Below, in pieces: positions 26,811 through 35,237 of a stretch of DNA of 52,219 nt. The stretch is taken from positions 1 to 52,219 of IMG/VR virus record IMGVR_UViG_3300048997_000467. One strand, 5' to 3'. Made by a program: the position numbers and the translations under genes. Numbering within the stretch: position 1 is the first letter of the stretch; each line of letters starts with the position of its first letter. The notes under the pieces were generated by a model, which was given only the letters and a program-made list of their open reading frames with translations, did not search any database and was not told the DNA's origin. The stretch is from a virus. Taxonomy: Duplodnaviria > Caudoviricetes.

Positions 26811-27569
26811 ATGGCGAAATATTTTGTATGCGTGCGTGAGGGGGAATCGGTGGGGCCTCATGAGCTGGATGACTTGCGGGCGTGGCTCGCGTGCGGGGTG
26901 ATGAAGACGGATTGGTTCGCGTGCGCGGTCGGATCGCAGGAATGGCTGAGGATGTGCGATTTCCCGATGTTGATGAAGACGAGTACCCGCAGTTCCCAGA
27001 TTGCTTCGGGTTTCCTCCGTCCTTACTACGGCTCGTGGCTCTCCGATCCGCCTACTGAGGCTCAACTGGAGAGGCTACATTACTTCGACATTCCCTTCAG
27101 TGAGAATGGACTCAGCAAGGCTAAGGCGGCAGCGCTCATCGACGCATTCGCTCTGGTCGATCCAGACCGCCTCAAACAATACAATTCACGGCCTCACAGT
27201 GAAGCACAGGCGGCCCGTATTTTCGAGCTGGGAGGCAATCCTCGTGGGCTGACGTACGAAGAGGCACGATATGAAATCCGTTCATTGCAATGGGAGCGCG
27301 ACCAGGAGAAGGAGCGAAACCGAAAGCGGAAAAGGGCCGGCGGTCCAGACGACATTTTGGACATGATGATGCTCAATGACCGGCTTTTACATCCCGATAC
27401 CCTCGAAGTGTGCTGCCTCGGCAACGTGAGCATTGCCAACCTTAGAATTCTCACGGTGGCGCTGAATCAGCACGTCCCAAATTGGCGTTCAATCGGGAAA
27501 AGGCAACTGGGCGAGATTCTGAACCGCCACGTTTCAACGCAGAACATCCCGGAGCGAATGTACGCATGA
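26811..27569 (+). CDS. GYF_2 (DUF4339)-like domain protein, 252 aa
   Basis: YFV..EGE.VGP..LD.LR..L..G....W...G..EW; PTEAQL and HSEAQA repeats. Confidence 0.65.
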   Translation: MAKYFVCVREGESVGPHELDDLRAWLACGVMKTDWFACAVGSQEWLRMCDFPMLMKTSTRSSQIASGFLRPYYGSWLSDPPTEAQLERLHYFDIPFSENGLSKAKAAALIDAFALVDPDRLKQYNSRPHSEAQAARIFELGGNPRGLTYEEARYEIRSLQWERDQEKERNRKRKRAGGPDDILDMMMLNDRLLHPDTLEVCCLGNVSIANLRILTVALNQHVPNWRSIGKRQLGEILNRHVSTQNIPERMYA

Positions 27570-28858
27570 GCGAGCGCATCCCGAAGGAGCTGAAGTTTGG
27601 CACGCTGGCGTTCAAGGTGCTGCACCTGGGCGATGGGCGGCTGGCGTTTTGCTACCAGGGCGCGGCGGGAAAGCGGGTGATGGTGCCACGCGTTTCGCTG
27701 GAGAAGCTGCGCCTGGCGGCGGAGGAGGTGGCGCGGAAGATTTTGAATGCGGAGACGGCGGCGCAGGATCTGACGGCGGATGACCGGCGCATGGCGGCGA
27801 GTGCGCTGGCGGCGCTGCGACCCACGGGGCTGCACCTGGATACGGTGGCACGCGAGGTGGCGGAGGCGTGGGCGCTGACCAAAGGGGTCTCGATCGCGGA
27901 GCTGGGCCGCTTTTATGCGAGCCGAAACCCGAGAGGGGCGACGATGCCGGCGGCGCGCGAGCTGGTGGCGCAACTACTGGTGACGCTGGAGCGGGATGTG
28001 CGGCCGCGTTCCGACAAATACCGGAAGGGGCTGAAGAATGATCTCCAGGCGTTTGTGGCGGTGCATCCGCGGCTGGAGCCGGTGACGCAACAGGCGGTGA
28101 GGGCGTATTTGCGGGAGCTGAAGACGCGGGCGGGGAAGGGCGGGGAGGTGCGGCCGGTGGGGCCGCGGCGCCGCGATAATGTGAGGGACGGAATCGTGCG
28201 GCTGTTCAATTTCGCGAAGGCGGAGGGGTATCTGCCCGAAGACAAGCAGACGGAGGCGGAGAAGGTGGAGAAGCTGAAGCCGGAGAAGGATGTGACGACA
28301 TGGAGCCCGGCGGAGATCCAGGTGATGCTGGAGGCGGTCTCGTGGCGCTGGCTGCCGTGGCTGGTGCTGGGGGCGTTTGCGGGGCTGCGAACTTCGGAGA
28401 TTTTCCGGCTGACGTGGGGGGCGATCAAGTGGGAGCGCAAGGTGATCGCGGTGCAGCGGAAGGTGGCGCGGAAGGTGAGGACGAGCCGGCTGGTGCCGAT
28501 GGCGGACAACCTGATCGCGTTTCTGGCGCCGTTCAAAGACAAGGTGGGGCCGGTTTTTCCGCATGAGAGCTGGCGGACGATCGAGGATTCGCACGGGGCC
28601 GAGATCGAATCGATCGTGAAGAAAACGGGGCTGAAGTGGAAGCAGAACGCCTTGCGCCATTCGTTTGGCAGCCATCGCTTGGCGGTGACGAGCAATTACG
28701 ACCAGGTGGCGATTGAAATGGGCAATTCGCCGGCCAAGGTGCGCGAGGACTACAACGATCCGAAGGACGAGGCGGAGGGGAAGGCGTACTTCGGGATTTT
28801 CCCGTCTGACTGGAAGTTCGGGAACGTGATGCCGCTGGAGTTTGAGGCGAACGGGTAA
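27566..28858 (+). CDS. int: Helper phage tyrosine integrase
   Basis: AFAGLRTSEI, NALRHSFGS, MGNS...Y catalytic motifs; adjacent attP. Confidence 0.93.
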   Translation: MSERIPKELKFGTLAFKVLHLGDGRLAFCYQGAAGKRVMVPRVSLEKLRLAAEEVARKILNAETAAQDLTADDRRMAASALAALRPTGLHLDTVAREVAEAWALTKGVSIAELGRFYASRNPRGATMPAARELVAQLLVTLERDVRPRSDKYRKGLKNDLQAFVAVHPRLEPVTQQAVRAYLRELKTRAGKGGEVRPVGPRRRDNVRDGIVRLFNFAKAEGYLPEDKQTEAEKVEKLKPEKDVTTWSPAEIQVMLEAVSWRWLPWLVLGAFAGLRTSEIFRLTWGAIKWERKVIAVQRKVARKVRTSRLVPMADNLIAFLAPFKDKVGPVFPHESWRTIEDSHGAEIESIVKKTGLKWKQNALRHSFGSHRLAVTSNYDQVAIEMGNSPAKVREDYNDPKDEAEGKAYFGIFPSDWKFGNVMPLEFEANG

Positions 28859-28862
28859 AAAC

Positions 28863-29061
28863 TGCTACGAAAGCGCTACTATTGGGAGGAAGCGCCCAAC
28901 ACACAGGGCTCAGTGCGGGTTCGAGTCCCGCCGCCGGCATAGATCACGCATCCCTTAAAAGCTAACATTCACACTGGTGTCTCTGAATCTTCGGGAATAG
29001 GCCACCGTCAGCATCTTCAATGTAGCGGTTTGAGTGAGCGAAAGTTGCTACTTTCCGCTAC
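28863..29061 (+). other. attP: core 28913..28939 equal to a tRNA 3' end (Leu-type), flanked by tandem arm-type repeats
   Basis: GTGCGGGTTCGAGTCCCGCCGCCGGCA = T-arm, acceptor 3' strand and discriminator A; TGCTAC..CGCTAC pairs at 28863..28879 and 29046..29061. Confidence 0.82.
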
Positions 29062-29116
29062 CCCCTTCCCTTGTGTCTTGGGCATGGATGCCGCCGAAGT
29101 GCCCCGACCCAGCCCA

Positions 29117-29183
29117 CCCCTCACGGGTCCTTCCTGAAGGAAAATCGCCCAGGGGGTTCCGAACCCCCATTTTTTGCGTAGAT
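29117..29183 (+). other. Helper cos-like packaging site
   Basis: GGGTCCT (lambda cosQ sequence) at 29125, then palindrome GGGGGTTC-C-GAACCCCC 29152..29168, directly upstream of terS; conserved in the satellite. Confidence 0.75.
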
Positions 29184-29239
29184 GCAGGGGGGTTACCTGC
29201 TCCACAGCAAGACGCTTCGGTGACACCGCGCGCCATCGC

Positions 29240-29641
29240 GTGCTGAAATCCATCAACGAGCTCGCCGACCTCACCGGCAAGGACCGCCGCACCATCACCG
29301 CGCGCCTCGCCGATCTCCCCTTCGAGCCCGGCCCCAAAGGCGCCCACCTCTTCGAGTCCGCCCTCGCCCTAGCCGCCATCTACGGCGCGGATTCCTCCGG
29401 CAAATCGCTCGACCAGGCGCGCACCGAACAAGCCCTCGAGCAAGCCGCCCTCACCCGCGTCCGCCGCGAAGAAGCCCAGCGCACCCGCATCCCCATCGAG
29501 ATCCCCATCGGCGAAAACGACCGCCTCACCCAGGCCGTCGCCGCCATCCTCAAAGCCGCCCGCGGCAAACCCCTCACCCTCGAGCTCATCAACTCCCTCC
29601 TCGCCAAATTCCGCGACCTCCCCGCCAAGCTCAAATGGTAG
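29240..29641 (+). CDS. terS: Terminase small subunit (Nu1/DUF1441-like), 133 aa
   Basis: N-terminal HTH SINELADLTGKDRRTI; overlaps terL start. Confidence 0.85.
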   Translation: MLKSINELADLTGKDRRTITARLADLPFEPGPKGAHLFESALALAAIYGADSSGKSLDQARTEQALEQAALTRVRREEAQRTRIPIEIPIGENDRLTQAVAAILKAARGKPLTLELINSLLAKFRDLPAKLKW

Positions 29642-31656
29642 CCCCGCCCCCACGCGCGGCCCTCGAAGACCCCCTCTCCCTCGCCGCCTATCGCCTCGCC
29701 CTCGCCGCCACCCTCCAGCGCAACTTCGCCCCCTGGACCATCCGCGACCCCTTCGCCTGGGCCGAGCAAATCCGCCGCCTGCCCGATGATCACGGCGCCA
29801 CCCGCCCCTTCTCCTTCGAGTACGCGCCCTACCAGCGCGAAATGTACGCCGCCCTCTTCGAGCCGCGAAATCAGGAAGTCGTCTTCCAGCTCTTCTCCCG
29901 CGGCGGCAAAAGCGAAGTCGTGCTCAACGCCCTCGGCTACCTCATCCACGAACGCCCCTGCCGCATCGGCGTCATGTGGCCCGTCGAAGGCGACGGCAAG
30001 CTCTGGTCAAAGGACGACTTCATGGGCGCCCTCATCGGCCCCACCCCCGAGCTCCTCGAGCTGATCCCGAATGAATCCGGCCGCCGCCGCCGAAACTCCA
30101 CCCTCCTCCACAAGCAATTCCCCGGCGGCTCCATCCAGATCCTCGGCGCGAACGCCCCCGGCCGCGTCCGCCGCGTCAAAGCCCGCTTCCTCTACGCGGA
30201 TGAAATCGACGCCATCGAGACCACCTCCGCCGGCGAAGGCGATATCCTCGCCATCTTCAAAAAGCGCGCCAGCGAGTTTGCCGATCGCATCGAAGTCTAT
30301 TGCTCCTACCCCAAGATCAAACGCCAGTCCCGCATCGAAGCCAAGCGCCTCGAAAGCGACGATCGCCATTGGTTCGTCACCTGCCCCCTCTGCGGCGGCG
30401 AGCCCTTCGTCCTCCACCGCCCCAGCCAGCTCCGGTTCGATCCCGAGCGCCCCCACGAAGCCCGCCTGGAGTGCCCCCGCTGCCGCGGCCTCCTCACCGA
30501 TTCCCAGCGCCACCACATGGCCCGCGCCGGCTTCTGGCGCGCCACCCGCCCCTTCACCGGAAAGGCCGGCTTCCACGCCGGCTCCCTCCTCTGGCCCCAC
30601 AACTTCGAAGACCCCGCCTACCTCCAAAAGTACCCCGGCGGCTACCTCCACGAGCTCGCCCAGCAAGTCATCGATGCCGAGCGCGCCGATAACCCCGAGC
30701 ACGCCCGCATGGTCCTGGTCAATACCTGCGATGCCGAGACCTACGAGCGCGATCTCGATAAAAAACCCGAGCACACCGCCCTCTACAACCGCCGCGAAAA
30801 GTACGATCCCCGCGAAGTCCTCCCCGAAGGCGTCCTCCTCCTCACCCTCGGCGGCGACATTCAAAAAGACCGCGGCGAATTCTTCATCCTCGGCTGGGGC
30901 GAAAAATCACAGTCCTGGGGCATCGATCACTGGAAAGTCACCGGCTCACCCCTCGACCCCGCCTTTTGGGAGCAAATCGATAAACGCCTCGAGCAAGCCG
31001 CCTGGAAGCACCCCAGCGGCCACTACCTCCGGATCGCCGCCGGCCTCATCGATTGCAACTACAAGCCGGATGAAACCAAAGCCTTCACCCGCCGCCTCGC
31101 CCGGCGCCAGATCTTCGCCTCCCGCGGCTCCACCCAGTTGAACAAACCCATCACCGGCCGCCCCAAACGCGAAGGCAAGCCCCCGGTGAAGGTGTACGAG
31201 CTCGGCACCCACAAAGCCAAAGACATCCTCTACCAGCGGCTCGATTTGCCTCATCCCACCGCCACCGGCTACAAACACTACCCCGCCATCGGCCTCTTCG
31301 ATGAAGCCTACTTCAAACAGCTCACCATCGAAAACAGCGAAATGCGCCGGGCCAACGATGGCGAATTCTACCGCTTCTTCTTCAAAGAAGAAGGCGACCG
31401 CAACGAAGCCATCGATGGCGAAGTGTACGCCCTCGCCGCCGAGCGCCTCGCCCGCAACGGCAAACGAGAAAGCGACTTCTACGCCAAGCTCAAAGCCAAC
31501 CTCACCCAGCCCGCCTCCGGCAAACCTCACCCCTCCTCTCAGCCCGCCTCCGAATCCCCCGCGCCCACGCCCGGGCAACCTCACCCCCCGCGCCGCTTCG
31601 TGCAGACCACCCAGCGCCCCGGCCGAGGCGGCTTCGTCGGCGGCTGGAAAAAGTGA
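29635..31656 (+). CDS. terL: Terminase large subunit, lambda gpA family
   Basis: PYQRE, SRGGKSE (Walker A), YADEID (Walker B), CPLCG..CPRC, GGDIQKDR, RNEAID. Confidence 0.95.
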   Translation: MVAPPPRAALEDPLSLAAYRLALAATLQRNFAPWTIRDPFAWAEQIRRLPDDHGATRPFSFEYAPYQREMYAALFEPRNQEVVFQLFSRGGKSEVVLNALGYLIHERPCRIGVMWPVEGDGKLWSKDDFMGALIGPTPELLELIPNESGRRRRNSTLLHKQFPGGSIQILGANAPGRVRRVKARFLYADEIDAIETTSAGEGDILAIFKKRASEFADRIEVYCSYPKIKRQSRIEAKRLESDDRHWFVTCPLCGGEPFVLHRPSQLRFDPERPHEARLECPRCRGLLTDSQRHHMARAGFWRATRPFTGKAGFHAGSLLWPHNFEDPAYLQKYPGGYLHELAQQVIDAERADNPEHARMVLVNTCDAETYERDLDKKPEHTALYNRREKYDPREVLPEGVLLLTLGGDIQKDRGEFFILGWGEKSQSWGIDHWKVTGSPLDPAFWEQIDKRLEQAAWKHPSGHYLRIAAGLIDCNYKPDETKAFTRRLARRQIFASRGSTQLNKPITGRPKREGKPPVKVYELGTHKAKDILYQRLDLPHPTATGYKHYPAIGLFDEAYFKQLTIENSEMRRANDGEFYRFFFKEEGDRNEAIDGEVYALAAERLARNGKRESDFYAKLKANLTQPASGKPHPSSQPASESPAPTPGQPHPPRRFVQTTQRPGRGGFVGGWKK

Positions 31657-31845
31657 GCCAAACCGAGCCCCGTAGCGCTCTTTGACAGGCCAGCCCCCGC
31701 GGTCACCGAACCCCTGAGCAGGCCCGGGACGATCTCCACCGGGGCACCCGCCCCGCGCGCAGCGCCCCGGCCTCCTCGCGGGCCTTCGGGAAAGTTAGCG
31801 ATGCGAAAGCCGACTTGCTCAGTATGCTAAAGTCCCGCGCACCCC

Positions 31846-32112
31846 GTGGAAAACCTCCTCTCGCGGAAAGACATTCTGCGCATCTTCGGCTGGAACCGCT
31901 CCACCCTCTGGCGGCGCGAACGCGAGGGGCTCCCCATCATCGCCGGCCGCATCGGCGAAAACAAGCTGGCGTGGTGGCTCGAGCAGCGCGATGCCGCCAA
32001 GCGCCTCGGCATCCCCGTCCGCACCTTCCTCCATCACCCGCGCGAGATCCGCGAAACCCTCCTCGCCGCCGCCCTCCAGGTCCAGCAAGCCGAGCAGGCC
32101 CGTGCCACATAA
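31846..32112 (+). CDS. AlpA/Xis-like HTH protein, 88 aa
   Basis: LLSRKDILRIFGWNRSTLWRREREGLP. Confidence 0.65.
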   Translation: MENLLSRKDILRIFGWNRSTLWRREREGLPIIAGRIGENKLAWWLEQRDAAKRLGIPVRTFLHHPREIRETLLAAALQVQQAEQARAT

Positions 32113-32181
32113 TGCCACATCTTGCCACACACCAGTTTCCGCGAACCGTGATTGACTAGGCACCGCTTCCCGCCCCTGCCT

Positions 32182-33249
32182 ATGCGTAAAAACTCCATCG
32201 GTGTCATCATGGCCGGCGCCTCCGCCCTCGCCGCTTCCAACATCACCGGCTTCTCCGTCCCCGAAGATCACGGCACACATCCTCGGCGCCGCAAAGAGTA
32301 CGGCCGCGTCATCCACAGCGGCGGCCAAATGCGCCGCGCTCCCGGCCAAGGCCACAGCCCGGCCGAGCGCGAAGCCCGCCGCCGCGCGCAGAATGCCGAG
32401 TACCGCGATCGCAAAGCCTGGCGCGCCTGGCTCGCCACCCTCACCGCCGAAGAGCTCGCCTTTGCCCGCAAGCACAAGCTCACCCGCCCCATCGCCGAAG
32501 ATCGCCCCGCCTTCGGCTCCGCCCAAAGCGAAGACGCGCTCGATCACGCCGAAGCCGAGCCCATCCCCGAAGCCCTCATCCTCGGCCACCGCCAGGGCCA
32601 CGGCACCGCCCGCCCCATCGTCTCCGAAAAAAGCCCCATCCTCGATGAGCTGGAACCCCAAACCCTCTCCGTCGATCTCGAAAACCTCAGCGCCCACCAG
32701 ATCCGCCAGGCCTCCGAAACCTTCGAGCAAGCCCTCCGCTGGGCCCTCGCCCCAGCCACCCCCTCCAAATCGGCGGCAGCCACCGATTTGAGCAACCCTC
32801 CACCCGCCGCGCATCCCCTCGTCGCCCTCGGCGAGCGCAGCGCCACCCTCATCGTCACCATGCGGCTGGATCTCGCCGGCTCCCTGCAGCTCGAGCCCGC
32901 CCTCGCCAAATCCCTCCTCCAAAGCTTCGGCCTCGGCTGCCTGCGCGAGACCGTCCAGCGCCTCCAGGCCACCGGCGCCATCTACGCCCGCCTCCTGGAA
33001 TGGATGCGCCGCACCAGCACGCTCGATGGCCTCGGCGAACGCCTCCAGCTCGTCGCCTACCAGCTCCGGCCCGATCTCATCGATGCCGCCACCCTCGCCC
33101 AGCTCGGCGAAGCCACCGGCAAAACCCGCCAGGCCCTCAATAAACCCGCCAACTGCCTGCGCGATACCTTCGATGGCCTCAAAGCCCTCATCATGCGGGC
33201 CGATGTCACCCGCCTCCTCTGCCGCCAAGCCCAGCTCAGCGCCGCCTGA
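32182..33249 (+). CDS. Protein with C-terminal HTH, candidate transcription regulator, about 355 aa
   Basis: TLAQLGEATGKTRQALNK; start uncertain (32152 or 32182). Confidence 0.65.
   Translation: MRKNSIGVIMAGASALAASNITGFSVPEDHGTHPRRRKEYGRVIHSGGQMRRAPGQGHSPAEREARRRAQNAEYRDRKAWRAWLATLTAEELAFARKHKLTRPIAEDRPAFGSAQSEDALDHAEAEPIPEALILGHRQGHGTARPIVSEKSPILDELEPQTLSVDLENLSAHQIRQASETFEQALRWALAPATPSKSAAATDLSNPPPAAHPLVALGERSATLIVTMRLDLAGSLQLEPALAKSLLQSFGLGCLRETVQRLQATGAIYARLLEWMRRTSTLDGLGERLQLVAYQLRPDLIDAATLAQLGEATGKTRQALNKPANCLRDTFDGLKALIMRADVTRLLCRQAQLSAA
32767..32789. repeat. 23-bp imperfect palindrome AAATCGGCGGCWGCCACCGATTT (also 33679..33701 and satellite 41020..41042)
   Basis: Three copies differing only at the central base. 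Confidence 0.9.
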
Positions 33250-33253
33250 AAAA

Positions 33254-33412
33254 ATGAACTCACTCGCCACCCTCTTCGCCAATGCCACCAGCCTGGCCAG
33301 CGTCATCGCCGCCGGCATCCTCGCCTCCCATGATAAGGCGAGTTGGCCATGGTTTCTCCTCGTGGCCATGCTCACCACCGCCACCGTGAGCTACAAATCT
33401 TTCGAGCGATGA
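33254..33412 (+). CDS. Small membrane protein, 52 aa
   Basis: Two hydrophobic segments with WPWF; coupled to neighbours. Confidence 0.55.
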   Translation: MNSLATLFANATSLASVIAAGILASHDKASWPWFLLVAMLTTATVSYKSFER

Positions 33413-33966
33413 GCGACCTCACCCCCGCCCTCCCCACCCGCGAGCAGCTCCTCAGCGAAGCGCTCACCCACTGGCAGCTCAAAGTCGCCGCCGAAGAAGC
33501 CCTCCTCCAGAGCCGCGAAATCCTCCTCATCGAATCCTTCCACCTCGGCGGCAAACTCTGCGCCCTGAAGGAAGACATCGGCCACGGCGGGTGGCTCCAC
33601 TGGCTCGGCAGCCATCTGCCCGGCATCAAACCCCGCGTCGTCACCAACTGCATGGCCCTCTTTCGGGCCAACGATCCCAAATCGGCGGCAGCCACCGATT
33701 TGACGGCCGAGAGCATCCGCCAATTCCTCTGGTACTACATCCCCGCCAAAGAACGCCCCCAGCTCGAAGGCAATAAAAAGATCGGCCCCGCCTTCACCCC
33801 CCTCACCTTCGTGAACAACTTCACCGCCTGGGATCGCCGCGTGCAAATCGGCCTCGCCACCGTGCCCGATCAAGAAACGCTCCAGCGCGAGCTCGCCCCC
33901 GTCGTCAAGCGCATGGGCGCCCTCCTCGGCCGCGATTTCATCCTCGAGCAAATCACCGCCGCATGA
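33409..33966 (+). CDS. DUF3102-like protein, 185 aa
   Basis: LGGKLCALKEDIGHGGWLHWL...NCMAL. Confidence 0.7.
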   Translation: MSDLTPALPTREQLLSEALTHWQLKVAAEEALLQSREILLIESFHLGGKLCALKEDIGHGGWLHWLGSHLPGIKPRVVTNCMALFRANDPKSAAATDLTAESIRQFLWYYIPAKERPQLEGNKKIGPAFTPLTFVNNFTAWDRRVQIGLATVPDQETLQRELAPVVKRMGALLGRDFILEQITAA

Positions 33967-34220
33967 AACGCGCCGCACCCTCCGCGCCCAAGCACGCCCG
34001 CCCGCTCCGCGGCCTGCTCCGCACCGAGATCCCGCTGCTCCCCCAGCTCTCGCCCCCGCTCCATCCCTTGCGCGTGCAGCTCGCCGCCCACAAAGCCCGC
34101 AACCGCCAGCTCCTCGCCCTCCTCCTCGAAGCCGTCGAAATCGCCGATCGCGCCCTCGAAGAACGCGACCGCCTCAAAGACTTCATCCGCCGCGCCGCCC
34201 GCCTCCGCCCGGCGAAGTAG
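33963..34220 (+). CDS. Hypothetical coiled-coil protein, 85 aa
   Basis: ATGA coupling. Confidence 0.55.
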   Translation: MKRAAPSAPKHARPLRGLLRTEIPLLPQLSPPLHPLRVQLAAHKARNRQLLALLLEAVEIADRALEERDRLKDFIRRAARLRPAK

Positions 34221-34556
34221 TCACCCCCGTTTGCGTATCACCGCTCGCGTTTTTCCATCCACAACGCGATTTGCCTTTGATCCTTTAGCCGCAACCGCTG
34301 GCGGAACGCGTTCGATCGTCAGGAAGACGACATCTCCTGGCCGGATTTTGAGCCCGGTGCAAGGAAGGTTGGACATCAACTCTCCGGTTTCGACCTCTAC
34401 CACATCCATCGTCTCCCGATCGGGTGGGCGGGCAATTTCTCCGCCGCGCACGTAGCCATAGGTGGGCCAAAAGAGCCATTGAACGGCCTTATTCTGCACC
34501 TTGGCGATGACGGTCACCGCGCCGGGAGCGCTTTTGGGAGAGGGAACACGCGGCAT
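34221..34556 (-). CDS. Hypothetical lower-GC moron protein, about 111 aa
   Basis: Opposite strand, distinct composition. Confidence 0.5.
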   Translation of the reverse strand: MPRVPSPKSAPGAVTVIAKVQNKAVQWLFWPTYGYVRGGEIARPPDRETMDVVEVETGELMSNLPCTGLKIRPGDVVFLTIERVPPAVAAKGSKANRVVDGKTRAVIRKRG

Positions 34557-34675
34557 GAGGGGCAGATCATGGTGGCGATTGAAGGGAAAGAACAAGCCGG
34601 CATCCCTCAACTATCAACCCTCACCTATCAACGCGCACGCCCGCGCGCTCCCTTTGACACCCCGCCCGCGAGCGC

Positions 34676-35230
34676 ATGCCAGCGCTCCCCACCAGCATCC
34701 CCGAAACCCTCACCCTGGGCGAAACGTGGGGCTGGACGCTCTCCCTGCCCGATTATCCTGCGAGCACGTGGACGCTGAAATACGCCCTCCAGCGCGGCGC
34801 CGAACGCCTCGCCCTCACCGCCACCGCCGCGGGCGATGACTTCGCCCTCGCCATCCCGGCCGCCACCACCGCCGCCTACACCACCCCCGGCGTCTATCTG
34901 TGGACGAGCTACGTGGAGCAAGGCAGCGAGCGCCACATCGTGGCCCGCGGCACCGTCACCCTTCTCCCCAGCCCCCTCGCCGCCCTCGGCACCAGCCACG
35001 CCTCCCGCACCCTCGCCCTCCTCGAAGCGGCCATCGAGAACCGCGTCCCCAACGGCCTCGAAACCACGAACATCGACGGCCAGGAGCTCCAGCGCATCCC
35101 GCTCAAAGACCTGATCGATCTGCAAAAGGTCTATCAGGCCAAGGTGGAGGCCGAGCAAAACCGCGCCTCCATCGCCGCCGGCCTCGGCAATCGCCGCACC
35201 ATCTACACCCGGTTCACCCCGGTCCGCTAA
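34676..35230 (+). CDS. Head-tail joining protein with gpW-like C-terminus, 184 aa
   Basis: LEAAI...IDGQELQRIPLKDL..L...Y; directly before the portal. Confidence 0.75.
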   Translation: MPALPTSIPETLTLGETWGWTLSLPDYPASTWTLKYALQRGAERLALTATAAGDDFALAIPAATTAAYTTPGVYLWTSYVEQGSERHIVARGTVTLLPSPLAALGTSHASRTLALLEAAIENRVPNGLETTNIDGQELQRIPLKDLIDLQKVYQAKVEAEQNRASIAAGLGNRRTIYTRFTPVR

Positions 35231-35237
35231 AGCGCCC

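Noticed and set aside
28880-28945. Functional tRNA gene
   Set aside because: Only the T-arm and 3' acceptor strand are present, with no 5' half; best read as the attP core
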